Shown: positions 1 to 13,170, counted from the first letter of the whole stretch. The stretch: DNA of 60,094 bases, filler included, from Sphacelaria rigidula (GCA_964200075.2; 10 parts of 10 records of this genome joined end to end with filler, not necessarily neighbours in it); one strand, 5' to 3'. Translations and numbers: made by a program. Notes: a model not told the origin generated them from the sequence alone.

Positions 1-95
1 AGTCGACTCATCATACTAAAACCACGTAATTTTCAGACGAATCATTATTTGTCCGACCCTTGAAACGTTCACGTGCAAACCCGAAACGGCCTCAA

Positions 96-237
96 TCCTT
101 CGGGAACTAAATCCTCACGAAGTGCTAGTTTTCGTCTCTGTGGGTCGGCATCATTTTCACTCATTTTTTAGGTCAAAATGATGCCGATTCACAAAGATTC
201 ACAACAACAAAAAAACAGCACCTTAGTTCCCAAAGAG
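96..237. mobile_element. piggyBac-like MITE, decayed copy
   Basis: Ends TCAA|TCCTTCGGGAACTA...TAGTTCCCAAAGAG|TTAA. The internal segment GGTCAAAATGATGCCGATTCACAAAGATTCAC is the reverse complement of the 47442 copy. Confidence 0.7.
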
Positions 238-1429
238 TTAATCTAAGTCGATACTTGGAGGAGATCACCACAGCAAACCCACCCCCGTGGCTACCAGACT
301 GTCAGTACACCCAGCCTGGAAGTTATGGTACTGTCTATAAGGGCACGCTGCCCCCTAGCCAGGCGGGTCGGCAAAGATCCTTGGCAGAGCACACTGTTCG
401 AGCGAGAGGAGCTTAACGTCGAGCTGTCGCGCAACTTGAAACGGGAACGCTGAGGCAAACCCTCGGATATGAAACGGAGCCTACCGGTTGCTTCTTAGCT
501 GTGTTTTTTCGAGCGTTCATCCATAACCGGGGGGAAGATATATGGCCCAGCAGGCAGGATCCGTTGCTGCCTACGTTCTAGTTTGATACCGTCCCCCATA
601 TCTTTGTCGTTGGACAGCAAGGGTTGAATAGCGAAGAGAAACCTAATGCCAGTATCTATTGTTTCAACGCGCACCACGCCATCAGCGCCTTGCATCGCTG
701 AAGCTGTGGCTTTGACACCTACCTGTCATATCATCCAATATACCCTCCAAGTTTCGATATCATTAGGCAAGAGGTGCGCGTTGTATTGACGCCTAGCCCT
801 TGTGATTTTTTTTTTTTTTTAATACCGGGAACATCAATGTTGATTAGACTCATGAAGCAAACCGTCGTGAATACAATCTTCTGTTTTAAAAAGTTTCTTT
901 TTGTGCAACGATGAATCGTCTTCGATGAGAACCCGCCTGGCGGGGCGTGTAATATCAAACTTATTTTCGATCGAACGAAAAAATGCGGCGGAATTGATTC
1001 GATCGAATTCGCTTGTGTTGCGCGGGTTATCCGAATTTGAACGCACTCGACCGAAAAAGGATGGTGGAATACGCGAAGTGGTACTTGATCAATTGTAATC
1101 GGTACAGACAGTACATTGATGCCGGTACAGTGTGCCGACTGCGTGTTTCGTACAGGGGTGTGTGAAAAAGAAGCAGCCAACGTGCTGTACAGACAGCACA
1201 GGGCTGTCTGTACTCTCTGCATAGTGTAGGACTCGAAAAATATTTGAACAACGTACAGTATTGTACTCCTTGTACTGTCCATAAGCGCGCACGTAATTCG
1301 GTCACCCACCCTACCACGCAATTACATTGCCGACCCGTACCAGGAGAAAAATATGCTACCTTTTTTGCAAACGAAAAACAAGCACATGAGGCCACTTCTC
1401 AGGCCGCTCCTTATAGCATACAAAAAAAA

Positions 1430-2620
1430 AAAACTGGAAAAGTGCCTTTTTGGAGCTTCAACGTCGTTTTATGCCCTAGACGTTTCTCTAGACTTGACCG
1501 GTCTCCGAGAAAAATGAGCGGTCTCCGAGGAAAATGCAAGTTTGGGCGAAAAAAAAAGCCGGCCAACGACAAAATGCACAGGTGCGCTGGAACCATCTCA
1601 CTGAGTGCAGCAAGGCATTCCAAGGTGTCAAGCTCCTCCTAGCTCTCTGCTAGGGCGTAAAAGGACGAAGAAGAACCAACGAAGGATTTCTGCCAGACTC
1701 TTTTTTGATTTGCTATCCTTACAGCAAACAAGAAAGAAAATCTGGAAAAGTGCCTACTTGGAGCTTCTACGTCGTTTTACGCCGTAACAGAGAGAGACGG
1801 GGTTTGCTATCTTCGAATGCCTTGCTCTACTCGTTGAGGCGGTTCAAGGACATCTTCGCGTTTTCCGTTGGACGCAGGTTCAATTTCGGCAAAACGAGCA
1901 TTTTTGTCCAGAGACGGTCAAGTCCGGGAAAAAATGGCAGTTTTTCCTAGATTTGACCGTTCTTGACCGTTCTCGGACAAAAACGCAAGTTTGGTCAAGA
2001 CAAAAACTGCGCCTCCCGGACAACGCGAAGATGTCCTGGAACCGTCCCAACGAGTAGAGCCAGTCATTCCAAGGTGTCAAACTCCGCCTCACTCTCTTCC
2101 AAGGCGTGAATCGACGAATAAGGACCAAAACAGCATTTTTACAGGACTTGTTTCTTGTTTGCCGTAAGGAGCGGCCTCAAGTATTTTTTTTTCAAGTTGA
2201 TAAAAATTGCTTTTTTTGCCCTTCTTGGTCGTTTTACGCCCTGAAAGAGAGCTAGGCGCAGTTTGACACCTTGGAATGACTGGCTCTACTGTACTCGTTG
2301 GGACGGTTCCCGGGCATCTTCGCGTTGCCCGTACTGTAGGTCGCAGTTTTGTTTTTTGGCCGATTTGCATTTTCAATAACAAACGTTCAAGTCATTAAAA
2401 AAACAGGGAAAAAAGAGCCATTTTTTTTTCTGTAACTTGACTGCTTGTTATAAAAAATGCAAGTTTGGCCAAAAACGAAAGTGCGACCTACAGTACGGAC
2501 AACGCGAAGATGTCCGGGAACCGTCCTAACGAGTACAGCCAATCATTCCAAGGTGGCGACATCTGCCTAGCCCTTTTTTCGAGCGAAAAACGATAAAGAG
2601 TCAAAAAGGTAGTTTTCAAC
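1430..2620. repeat. Array of ~150-190 bp units in alternating orientation (foldback-like)
   Basis: The unit core GGAACCGTCCCAACGAGTAGAGCCAGTCATTCCAAGGTGTCAAAC recurs on + at ~1530-1690, ~1950-2140 and ~2440-2620, and on - at ~1735-1915 and ~2200-2390. Confidence 0.8.
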
Positions 2621-2685
2621 AAGTTTTTTTTTTATTACACAAGAACTGGCTTCGTGCCGAGTGTTTGATAGTGCCGGTTTCGAAT

Positions 2686-3236
2686 TACTGCAGTGTATGT
2701 ATCCTTGTGCTCAACTCGTGCTCTACGCTGCAGGGTTGCGGTGGTGGCTGAGAAAAAATTGTGCGGGGTTTGCGCGGTTCTGTAAACGTGTGGTATCTGG
2801 CGTGGTGGGCTACAAGATAGGAGTCAAGAGCCTCTTCGTTCTTTTCCGCCGCATGTTTTTGATCGAAAACGCCACGCTTTTTCATCTCTTAGGGCGTGCC
2901 TTGGCACATTTTGTTTTCGATCGAGAAAGTGCGGTGGGAAAGCACTTCTTCGATCTGATAGGCACACCGCATTTCTGTTCCTAGTTGGCTTCAACTATTC
3001 TATGTCATTAGTAGCGCGCGGAGGAGAAGTAGAAAACAATAAAGCTAAGCTTTTTTTCGATCGAAAACATACGGGCGAAACGCACGGAGGGACACTTGAC
3101 TCCTATCTTACAGACCACCACCCCAGATACCACCCGATGACAGAATCATGCAAACCCTACACAATTCATCCTCAGCTCCTATCGCACCTCCGCAGCATAG
3201 AGCACGAGTTGAGCACAGGGATAGATACACTGCAGA
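2686..3236. repeat. Inverted repeat / foldback element with ~185-bp arms
   Basis: 2686-2870 (…TGTGCTCAACTCGTGCTCTA…AAGATAGGAGTCAAG…) is the reverse complement of 3053-3236 (…CTTGACTCCTATCTT…TAGAGCACGAGTTGAGCACA…). Confidence 0.75.
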
Positions 3237-3294
3237 AGTTGGGTATACTTTGTTTATTTTTTGTTGGCGAAAACTTGAGCATCTTCCTTCCTTC

Positions 3295-3599
3295 AACAAC
3301 ACTGTCGTGAGATATGGAGTAGAGCGTTGACTGAGAGCGGGTTTTATCATTCGCTTTAACGCGACCAATCTTGCATTCTGTGTGTGCTTTTCTTCGCCCG
3401 TAACACTAGCGTGTGCCTACAGCTACACGTCGATATATTTACTCAGGGTTATCAAGGGCTTCAGTGGCAAGCTACTACAGAAAGCGCGTATCGGGCCTCG
3501 CGGAGGAAGTCATTTCGGAACCGACACGATTTTTTCATGAGCTGATCGATTCTACCTCTTCATCGCATACTCTACTCTCAATCACACGAATATATTGTT
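3295..3599. mobile_element. ~300-bp MITE family D, copy 1
   Basis: TIR GTGAGATTGAGAGTAGAG / CTCTACTCTCAATCTCAC with shared internal sequence (TGGCAAGCTACTACAGAA, TCGGGCCTCG); also at 13549 and 36487. Confidence 0.8.
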
Positions 3600-4229
3600 T
3601 TCCATGGTAGGAGTCAGCGACGGAACTGCATGGTAGGGTGGGCAACAGGCTTGCGTACACGCTCATGGACAGTGGAGGCAGTACAAAGCTTGACGCCGTC
3701 CAAGTACTTTTCTGTCGCATTGTAAGCAGAGAGAACCGATAGTCCTGCGCTGTCTATGCTGCACATTGCCCGCTTCTATTTCAGATCCTACCGTAAGAAA
3801 CACGCACACACACACAGATAGACTGCAGACAAACAGTGTAGACGGTACAGACTGTCTGTTATGTACTTGAGCGACCAAGTACCGCTTCACGAATTTCCCT
3901 GTCTTTTTGCAATCGAAAGCTTGAAAATCCACTTGAAAATCCACTTGGATCCAACTTCACAAGAACGAACGAATTTCGCTCAGTTCAATCCCACCGCTTC
4001 TTTTTGTAGATCGGAAAAAATGTACCGAGACACGCCCTTCAGGCCTTTGCCCTTTTATGCGTTTTTTGCCAAAATGAAATGTGTCTTGTTCAAAACGGGG
4101 TCATTTTGAAACGGAAACCCCGCCAAGGCGTTACAATTACTTGATTGAAGTGCGCGAGATCGAAAAACAAGAGCGCACGACTCATGCCAATCGAGCGAAA
4201 GCGTGAAGGGCAAAGGTCTAACGCCCTTA

Positions 4230-4403
4230 GGCCGTGTCATTTATATAAAAAAAAGGCGTCGAAAGCGTGCGGTGGATTCGATATGTCCCCCTTATTCATT
4301 TTCTCAGGTGGCTGAGAACTTGAATGCCGTGGACATATCAAATACGAGCGAATTCGATCCCACCGCACGTTTTCGAACCCATTTTTTTTAATAAAATCCG
4401 GTC
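4230..4403. mobile_element. PIF/Harbinger-like MITE, decayed
   Basis: Starts TTA|GGCCGTGTC. The internal CGAGCGAATTCGATCCCACCGCACGTTTTCGA is shared with the 28709 copy. Confidence 0.6.
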
Positions 4404-5920
4404 TTTCATTCCGGTCGAGCGCGAATAATTATAAACAGGAATTGAAGCAGTAGTGTTTACCTCTTGGTCGATTAGAACCTTCCCGGAATCTTCCTACTTG
4501 ATTTCAGTGTAAACATCGATATTCGAATTTTTGTGGGGCTGACAGTCCTAACTGTCCCCAGCCTGTGCAGAACGCGTTTTCTACAAAATCGGCGCCTCGG
4601 CGCCGATTTCAGGTCTGCCAACACCACGCTTTGCCTAGGGAACACTTCGCACCCCTCTCGCCCGAGGGTTCTCAGTATGTCTTGGGTTGGGGTTAGGGCT
4701 AGCGTCAGCGTTAGTTCGAAATAATATGTTTCCGAGATTTTTCTTCATGGACCAAGTGGTGAACACACCTCAGTTGAAGGAATCTGAGAACATGAATGAT
4801 GTGGACGTATCAGATACAAACAGTGTTTTTCCAGAATGATGAGACTCCCTCTGATCTCCAGATGGAACCATGCCGACTAGTCCACGACTGTCATAGTGGA
4901 CAAATAGTTATTCTCAGAGTAGACTACCGCATTCGAATATTTTGGGAGCTATTAGTTTCAGGTGCCCGCTAGCGTGCGCCGGACGCGGTGCCGATTTTGA
5001 AGCTCTGTCAACTCAAACTTTGCCTAGGTAATCATACACACACCCCGATATACACCCCCCTGCCAGAGGTTCTCGATATGCCTTGGGCTGGTGTTAGACG
5101 TACCTCACATTATGCCGTATATCTGTCGTGCTTAGTTCCACTCGACCATCTGGCACTCTTTGGAACTTTCTCGAGAATGTTGTGGCTAAAAGTCGATTAC
5201 ACACTTCTTGACGGATATCAGCTCCAATCGGGAGTGTTGGGTGGCGATTAGAATTTTACTTATTATGCATAAACGGGTTCTGCGTGCATGTGACCCATCA
5301 TTATTTTATGAACGATTTTTTCAAAATCGTGCTATAAAAGCATATTAACCCTTTTGGGACTGGGCCTCCAGAACGACCAATGAGGCTGGTTAGGAATGAC
5401 GAGTCCCACATATGCATGAAGCAGTAGCTTGACGTTGTTAAATATCCATGTATGTATTTAAGCGAAGGGTTAGAGGAAGACCAAAAGTTTCAAACAATCT
5501 ATTTTCAGGTGCAGGTGCAAACTGTCTGTACTATAATTCGGGTGTTGTGCGCATCAGGCAACGTACAGATGTATCAAGCAGTGTGAGTCGCCTTTGAGAG
5601 CTTTCATCCGGATTTGGCAACCACCGCCCGCCACTTGTGGCCATGAATATTGTCCTCATTACCTTGCCACACAGCCCTTTGTGTGGGGGGGGGCGCGATT
5701 TCCCTCTCTGTTGCAAGCGGCATTCTCTTCGAACGGCATGAGCGTTGCGCCGCAGATACAGTACAGTGCAGCACGCCTTTTCGAATGCAGCAGCAGCTGC
5801 AGCTGCATACTCCCTCACATGTTCTGGGCAGTTCTGCGCGACGGAGATCAGCTGCCCATACACAGCTTGTTCGTTACCGTCGATTGCATACGACCTCACC
5901 GCCGCTTGTACCGCTTCGAC

Positions 5921-6020
5921 NNNNNNNNNNNNNNNNNNNNNNNNNNNNNNNNNNNNNNNNNNNNTTAATTAATTAANNNNNNNNNNNNNNNNNNNNNNNN
6001 NNNNNNNNNNNNNNNNNNNN
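5921..6020. other. Artificial linker N44-TTAATTAATTAA-N44; identical copies at 11941-12040, 17961-18060, 23981-24080, 30000-30099, 36019-36118, 42038-42137, 48057-48156, 54076-54175
   Basis: Identical 100-nt six-frame-stop spacers recur every 6019-6020 nt and separate ten pieces of 5919-5920 nt. Short 10-N assembly gaps also occur at 15100, 21241, 23357 and 47509. Confidence 0.98.
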
Positions 6021-6373
6021 AGTCGCATGAACGGTGAGCTGCATCCTGCTAAGATTGTTCGGCCCGAAGCCTACTGATTATCTTGCATTTGGACAAGTTG
6101 TCTCACCATTTACACACTACGTAGTACGATCATCCCCATTGTGCGGAGTTCAGATTCTCCCACGCCGCACAACATAATCTAGCTCGACTGCCATCATGGT
6201 TACCGCCAAAACAATAAACGCAAGCGCGCAAATCAAATCGGTAACCTGGTTGCCTAGCTTACGCAGTGGGTGGCATGTTTTACAGCGTCATCGTCAACCG
6301 ACGCCAACCCCATCGGGGGTCCGCTCCTACAAAGCCGGGACGGAGCACGCCGGGTTCTCGCCGAACCAGGCTG
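6021..6373 (-). mobile_element. Interspersed repeat family B, partial (cut by linker)
   Basis: Reverse complement of 15095-15530, with an internal deletion. Confidence 0.8.
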
Positions 6374-6822
6374 TACGGGGGGGCACCGGAATGGTTTTGC
6401 TTGCTGAAGGGCAACGCCTACTAGAGGGTCATTGCCACGCAGATACATGGATAAATATAGGCCGAACGTCAGATGTATTTACGCATGAGCCAAGATCAGT
6501 AGGACACTATCGTCTCAGCACATCATCATTCCACACACTACAGTTTGCGGTGATCAAATCAAAAGTAGATACATGAGGGAAAAAAACGTTTCAACATGCA
6601 CAATGTTTCGTTGGTGACCAGCTGAACGGCGCAGCGTACTGGATGAGGTGAGGGTGTACCCGCTGTCGGCGGCTCATGCGGGTGTGTTTTCTGTTTCGTG
6701 CCTGAGATGTTACTTGCAGAACGTGTCCCCCCATGGCCAACTGAGTAATGCGGCAGTGCGAGACATGTTGACACAGATGTGAGCAACCCGTACAGAACCA
6801 CAGCGTCGAACTCACCCCTCCA

Positions 6823-6940
6823 CCCTTTGGGAGCCCCTTGACGATTTTTGTTTTTGTAAGTCAGCATCATTTTGACTTGAAAATGACTGAACATTATGCC
6901 GATGCACAAAAACAAAAATCGTCAATGGGTTCTAAAAGGG
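6823..6940. mobile_element. piggyBac-like MITE, related subfamily
   Basis: CCCTTTGGGAGCCCCTTGACGATTTTTGTTTTTGT…ACAAAAACAAAAATCGTCAATGGGTTCTAAAAGGG|TTAA. Shares the GCATCATTTTGACTTG and ATGCCGAT motifs with the 47442 copy. Confidence 0.7.
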
Positions 6941-7074
6941 TTAAGCAAACCCACCCTGCTGCCCCGGCCGGGAGCTCACGGCTTTGACAAGGGGGGGAGT
7001 CGACCACGGCGAGCTTTCGAGTTTCGGAGACGAAGGCGAGAAAACCTCAACCCGCCCGGATAACCACGATCGAC

Positions 7075-7266
7075 TCAGGCTGCTGCGACCATCTCATTGA
7101 ACGAAGACCAGAACTCGCGAGGAATCCGTTCGGAGCCTACGTAGCTAACTGTCGGGCATGTATGGCTACACCATTCATCATTCCCCCAGTAATTGGACGC
7201 ACAATCAACAGCTGGATTCTCGGAACAGTAGTTCTCGGATGCCTCAAGCGTTCACCCTTTGGCAGC
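7075..7266 (-). CDS. Possible terminal exon of an unknown Cys/Trp-rich protein with an in-frame TGA
   Basis: After a CTCTAG acceptor it reads AAKG*TLEASENYCSENPAVDCASNYWGNDEWCSHTCPTVSYVGSERIPREFWSSFNEMVAAA*. Composition is protein-like, but I recognise no family. Confidence 0.25.
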
Positions 7267-7551
7267 CTAGAGCAGGTGCGTTAAGTTGTTGAACCACCAT
7301 CGCGCCCACTGGGATATGATGGTCAGAACCAGGTGTTCTTCTGCGGGTGCTCAGACGGTCAAAAAATTCAGAACAACTACACAACTTGAAATAGTACTGC
7401 GAAATTCACTTCGCACCGTACAAGTAGTTACAGTATGATGAATCCCGCAAATTTCTAGGGGGCCTACAAGTAACTGTAATTGTCGTATCAGAATTCCCAA
7501 TCAAGCGTCATGCGTAAGTATTTCGAGGAATGTCTGGAGCACACATTTCAT

Positions 7552-7556
<5 letters not shown>

Positions 7557-7591
<35 letters not shown>

Positions 7592-7615
7592 CCATCTTCA
7601 TTGTCATTGTCATCA
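7557..7615. repeat. (CAT)n microsatellite
   Basis: Run of ATC/CAT triplets. Confidence 0.9.
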
Positions 7616-8964
7616 TCCATCACCACTACTAGTTTTTAATAATGAATATCCTCGTTATATGGTTGTGACTACTAGAACGCACAACAACCGCTGAGCTATC
7701 CGTTGGCACTGAGTGGTAAGTGCGTATTAAAAAAAGAGGCAATCCCGGGATATATCAAGTTGTTGAGCTATGGAACCGCAATTTAAATTCCAGGGCTACT
7801 ATCCCTGTTCCCAGCGCTGCTCTTGGCTGCGCTGCGAAAGTGCCGAGCAGCAGAGTTTGTTGTGCTTATCCTCGGCAAGAGCGTGTATACCGATTTTCAG
7901 GTCTGCACCTCTGCCCTTTTTCCTCTCGCATTGTAACCGGCCAAGAATGAACGTGGAGATGATCAACCCCCCGGAACAATATTGGATACTCACAATTATT
8001 TACCATTAGAGAGTATCGGCAAACGCTTTTCCGTCATTTCAGAGTGCAAATATCTCAGGATCAGAGTGTAACGAAAAATTATTTCCCCCTCCGTCAAAAG
8101 TGGTATCCCCTTAGCTTCCACCCCTCTTCGTCGACACGGTCGCCCGGCGAAAGGTATTTGCAGGTATTTGCACTTTGAAATAAGAAAAAAGCGTTTTCCG
8201 AAACTCTCTATTATACTGCTGCTGTTCTCGTCATGATCATTGCTGGATTTCGCCGTCACCAGTGATTGGGGTCACTGCGACAATATCGTCCCCCCACTAG
8301 CCCGCCTTCCCGGACCTATCGTGGCGGCGCCCGGCACTCAGAAGACGATGTCATAACATTGGAGTAATGTTTTCGAAACTGAGGTTGAACATAAAAAGGG
8401 GGTTCAACTCCATAACAGCGTTTTCCCTTACCTGAAGTTATGACAAATGGCATTGACATGGACGGCCTCATGCCCCCCGACCTCCCTGTGCCTATGTTTC
8501 GGCGGTTTCCCGTCTTCCGTTCCCCCAAAGGATATGGGCGAAATCACCATACTCGGGCTAAACAAATTCCCTATTTCCACTCGGAATCGAGGCCAAAGGG
8601 TCCTTTCACAGATACCCCTTGGAGGAACGGAAGACGGGAAACCCCCAAATATTCTTTCAGGGAGATCGGGGGGGGGGGGGGGGGGGGGGTTAGGTAGTCC
8701 ATATGAATTATTTGTGAAAACTTTAGGTCAAGGAAAGCACTGTTTTGGATTGGGCCCTCATATTGATGTTTAACCTCATTTTCGAAAAAAAATGTTTCAT
8801 GTATATCTATGCACCATTTCAAATATCGTAAGATGAAAAAAAACAAAAGACATCAGAAAAGCAGGTACGTGGCAAGGACTCTTGCCTACTGTACAATGAC
8901 ACTATGTATGGTGGGCATCTCATGAAAAAACTAGAGCGATCGATTCAATGGCGATTTTATCCAC

Positions 8965-9051
8965 CTCAAGGTTTTCGTTCTTGTTTTTCAGCGTCTGGGT
9001 TTCCTCCACCAGTCTGGCGTGCTCGTCCTTGATGCTCACCAGCCGAGACAC
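8965..9051 (-). CDS. Probable internal exon, coiled-coil-like peptide
   Basis: CACAG| VSRLVSIKDEHARLVEETQTLKNKNENLE |GTGGAT; 87 nt, phase 0-0. Confidence 0.4.
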
Positions 9052-9744
9052 CTGTGGTGATTACAGGACCCCGAACCAACGGCCGAGCGTTAATTGTACG
9101 TCTCGTATTTATGTTCACTGCCCTCCAACAGCGTCGACATGTCGCTGAAACGCAAGTAAAACAGTAAACGTGCACACCCGTGGTGAATGTTGTCCTCTCC
9201 TCCTGACAATTATGCTGACAATAATCCTACATACGCACACTCACAGCCACATACGCACACTCACAGCAGCAGGGAGTTCGTTTAAATGCACGCGAAAGTA
9301 TCAGGGCATGAGCACACATGCCTGATGCCTATCAATACGCGTTTACCGAAAGGTGTTGTTTCAAACGACATCATTTCTACAACAGCATATCATTGAATAA
9401 AGCTTTAGATAGTAGTTTACAATCGCAGCAGAATAAAAGAGCCGAGGTTGTGTCGAACAATTTAGGGTATACCCGGAAGTGGTGGACTTATGGTTGATAT
9501 ACTACAGCCATACCGGCATGTGTATCGAACATGTCTATATGACGAGCCTTGTTCCGAACAGTCTGGTATGGTTCAAAAGGGTATTTGCCGAAAAAATACG
9601 TCTTGTACAAGTCTGGAAATACCCGAATTTGACCAGGTATATCATACAGAACGCAACCTTCGAAAAAGCGGTCTGTCTACAGCGGATCAAGAGACACACG
9701 CGCTACTGCATTTGCCGGAGGCGGGGGGAGGCACTTATTGCCCC

Positions 9745-11940
9745 CCTTAGTCGTTTGACCATTGACCACGCATCCCTTTCGAGGCGTAGCACCGTTCCTG
9801 CTCCTCATAGAGCCGCCTTCAACATTCCGGCGCTCATTACGTCTCTTCCATACATCACACAAAAACCGTTTACAGACCATATCCCCGTCCTGTTTCGCCG
9901 TCTGTGACCACCGTCCATCTCCTAGTATGGCCATCGTTTTCTCCCTACTTTATAATGCATCATACGATTTTTTGCCACCTTCGTTCACGTCCCGCATTTC
10001 CCCATCTAGCACGTCCCGTTCCTCCTTGGATAGTTCAGATTCTGCCACTATGTGGATTCTGCTCTCTATTGCTTTGCCACAGGGGCAATTCCATCCATCT
10101 ACTTCACCCTCCTTTCGACGACTGTTATATATCTTCCTTCTTTGTGACGGGTCCAGGTCCCCCACCCGATCGCGGTTTCATGTTTTTCGCATCGTCCATT
10201 AGACTATGCACATATATTTTCATCCCCATGCCCTCTCTTAACCACCCATACATTTCCAGGTGTTCTTCCTCGTCTACTTTGCGTCTGAGCGCTCCTTTTC
10301 CCCTCATTTCTATCATGTTTCTTCCTCTTGTCTTGTACCCCGCGTCTTCATGTATGGACAGCATTCGTCTTGGTTTTCCCCTATCTCCTTCCATACTTTT
10401 TGGAATTCTCTATCCCACCATATAGCACGCCCTTTCGTACTTTTCTTCCATACAGCCCTATCAAGTATAGCTGACAATATTTTTCTGTGCATGTTCTTTA
10501 AGCTATATTGCCATCGCAATTTCCTCATGTCTCTGTTTGTTTTTAGTGAGTACATTCCCACCTCTGCCCTCAGAACTGCCTTACTCGTCGTTTTCGAGCA
10601 TCCAAGTATCTTCTTAGCTGCTGCCATCTATACTGTTTCCGACTTTTCCACCAACTTCACGTTCCCCTCCCATCCTTCTCCTGCATACTCTATCTTTGGT
10701 ACTATCACGTTCATCAGGATACATCTCTTAGTATCTAGGTGCGAGTCTCTGAGGACCACGTCCATCCTTCCTATCTGTGCCTTACCCTTTTCTATGAATT
10801 TGTATATATGTGCATCCCAAGGACAAGAACTTGATATCTCTACGCCAAGGTATGTATACTGATCTACGATCGGAAGTTCCTCTTCTCCCCACTTCCATTT
10901 GAACTCTACCGGATTTTTCTTATCTTCGATACAGACGAGTGCCGCGCATTTGTTAACGTTCGCTGCCACTCTCCATTTCCTAGTGTATTCGAGCGCCTTG
11001 TCTATCTGTTTCTGTAATACTTCTGGTGTTCGTGAAATCCCAACAAAATCATCCGCGAACATCAATCCTGAATCCATATCTTCACCCACCTTGATCCCTT
11101 GCTCTGCTGCTTCTGTTGCTATCATCAAGTCATTATTAAATACCTTGAATAGAGTGAGTGAAGACATACATCCTCGCGCAACTCCTTGTAAGACATCGAA
11201 ATATTTCGACATTTCCTCGTCTAGCATCATGGCAATTTTGGCACATTCTGCCATATTCTTCGCCATTCTCCACATCATCCCTTTGATCCCAGTTTCCCAC
11301 AACTTTATCCACAACCCATTTCTCCATACTGTGCCATAGGCCTTTTGTACGTCCAGAAAGAAACAGTACGTTGTCCGCCCGGTGTCTTGCCTACCCTGAA
11401 TAATCTCACCTAGTGTGTACACATGGTCTACGCAGCTATGGTTTGGTGCAAATCCTGCTTGCCCCTCGCTGATTTTGTCTTCCTTTTCTAGCATCGTTCC
11501 TACTCCATCGTTCAGAACCTCACAGCATTTTTTCCCTACCGTGCTTAGTAGCGTTATCCCTCTATCATTCCCTGGACCAACCTTGTTTGAAAAGGTCGAC
11601 GACTACTCCTTCTCTCCACCTCTTGGATGTGTAATCGTTTTCCCGGATCCAGCTGTACAGCAAAACAATCATGGCAACCATTCCATCTCCACCGTACTTC
11701 AGAAATTCGTTCACTATTCCGTCTGCCCCTGCTGCCTTTCTGTTCTTCAGTTTAGCTTACGCACTCCTTTCCTTCATCTCTGGCAAATGATCTCTACAAT
11801 TCTGTCGAGCTACTGTCCTCCCGTTCTGACGCCACTTATCTCTGCCCACCAGTTGATCTCTTTTTCGAATTCCGTGTCGAACTCCGTGCGAGTTTTTGGT
11901 GTTACTAGTCTACGGTAGTGCTCGACTAGCACTTCTCTCT
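9745..11940 (-). mobile_element. Decayed non-LTR retrotransposon (LINE): RT domain plus C-terminal zinc-knuckle region; 5' end cut by linker
   Basis: ORF 10628-11494 has RT motifs (QAGF, FLDVQKAY, QGVARGC, FADDFVG, YTYLG). Broken continuation in 10313-10627, 10125-10394 and 9950-10165 (CPCG…ESRIH), ending GCVVNGQTTK. Stops and frameshifts are present. Confidence 0.93.
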
Positions 11941-12040
11941 NNNNNNNNNNNNNNNNNNNNNNNNNNNNNNNNNNNNNNNNNNNNTTAATTAATTAANNNN
12001 NNNNNNNNNNNNNNNNNNNNNNNNNNNNNNNNNNNNNNNN

Positions 12041-13170
12041 TATCACCAGAGATAGAAGCAACATCAGAGAGGAAGCTCCTCGCCCGTGTCCTTTGTGTGT
12101 CCTCGCTCGGCGATTACCAATCGCTCGAGAAACTGGTATCATCGATGTTACCAGCATGTGCCCAACTTTCCACGAGCAATGCTACGGTAGGGGTGCACTT
12201 TTCTCGCGAAATTGTGTCTAGTTCCGGGGTTCCTAACGATTCAAGATGCACAAGAATATGAGTCAAGACATCCCCGTTTGCAAATTCATTCGGGATATCC
12301 CCAGCACATTGAAGTAGTAATTCTGGCGTACTTGAACATATTTTCATATGTCGCGTCTAGCATGAAATAAAGGGCTCCTAACAATTCAAAACTCAGAAAA
12401 TATTTGTGCACCCCTACCGTAGCATCACTCCCCTGTGCCGAAACATCGAGCTACGGAGAGATTTTCTCTCGTCTTACAATTGCCTGTCGAGCTCACGAAT
12501 GCGAAGATCGATTTTTCTCTGCCTCTCCTTTTGAACAGGACGCGCCTCTGTGCGCTGAAAAACATGCCGTTGAAAAATAGGCAATGTTCCCGTCACCGCT
12601 ACAATAGTTCTGTCACACACATGCCAGCAAGGGCGGTGGTGGGGCGAAGAAAACAGATATATCCAATTTGAACTTGGGGTGTGTTCTTAATCGTTGGTTT
12701 TACCCGACATGTATGTGAGCGACCCTCTGGGTGCCCAACGACAACAGCGTGCGAGACGCCCGTTGGGGTGTGTGTGTGTGAGACATCAAACACTTGTGGA
12801 GACCTTCTTGACATGCGGAGTGAAAAAAGATACCTATGGAAGTGAGCTAACCGTTGCGAGCGTGGTACAGAGGGGTGCGTCCATGCTGCAATCTGGAGCA
12901 CGCGCTGGCTGCGTGAGCACCTCGTTACACTTTCGAAAATGAATTCCGATGTGACGAGGTCACGCGTTACCACCTGGGGCAAGATATGAACCCACGAAGA
13001 ACAAGGGTGCTCTATGATCAACCACGTGTCGTTGCATTTGACACCCACGCCATCAACCGTCAACGTCAAAGGTCTTGTGGCTTTCAAGCAACGCTGGCGG
13101 CAGTACGGCAGGCAAATCCGATCATAGCTAGCTTTCGTCGCTCCACTGGTCTGGCGGGCGTCTGCATAGA
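12041..13170 (+). repeat. Repeat family C, left arm of a ~1-kb inverted repeat
   Basis: Colinear reverse complement of 14060-14900 (e.g. AGAGAGGAAGCTCCTCGCCCGTGT, ACAGGACGCGCCTCTGTGCGCTGAAAAACATG). Confidence 0.85.
12174..12430. mobile_element. MITE nested in repeat C
   Basis: TIRs GAGCAATGCTACGGTAGGGGTGCAC / GTGCACCCCTACCGTAGCATCACTC. It is absent from the paralogous arm (empty site near 14765). Confidence 0.85.

Noticed and set aside
495..725. Possible exon/ORF (MQGADGVVRVE…)
   Set aside because: No recognisable motif and no phase-compatible partner exon found.
5965..5976. Recurrent TTAATTAATTAA as a biological motif
   Set aside because: Synthetic six-frame stop linker embedded in Ns.
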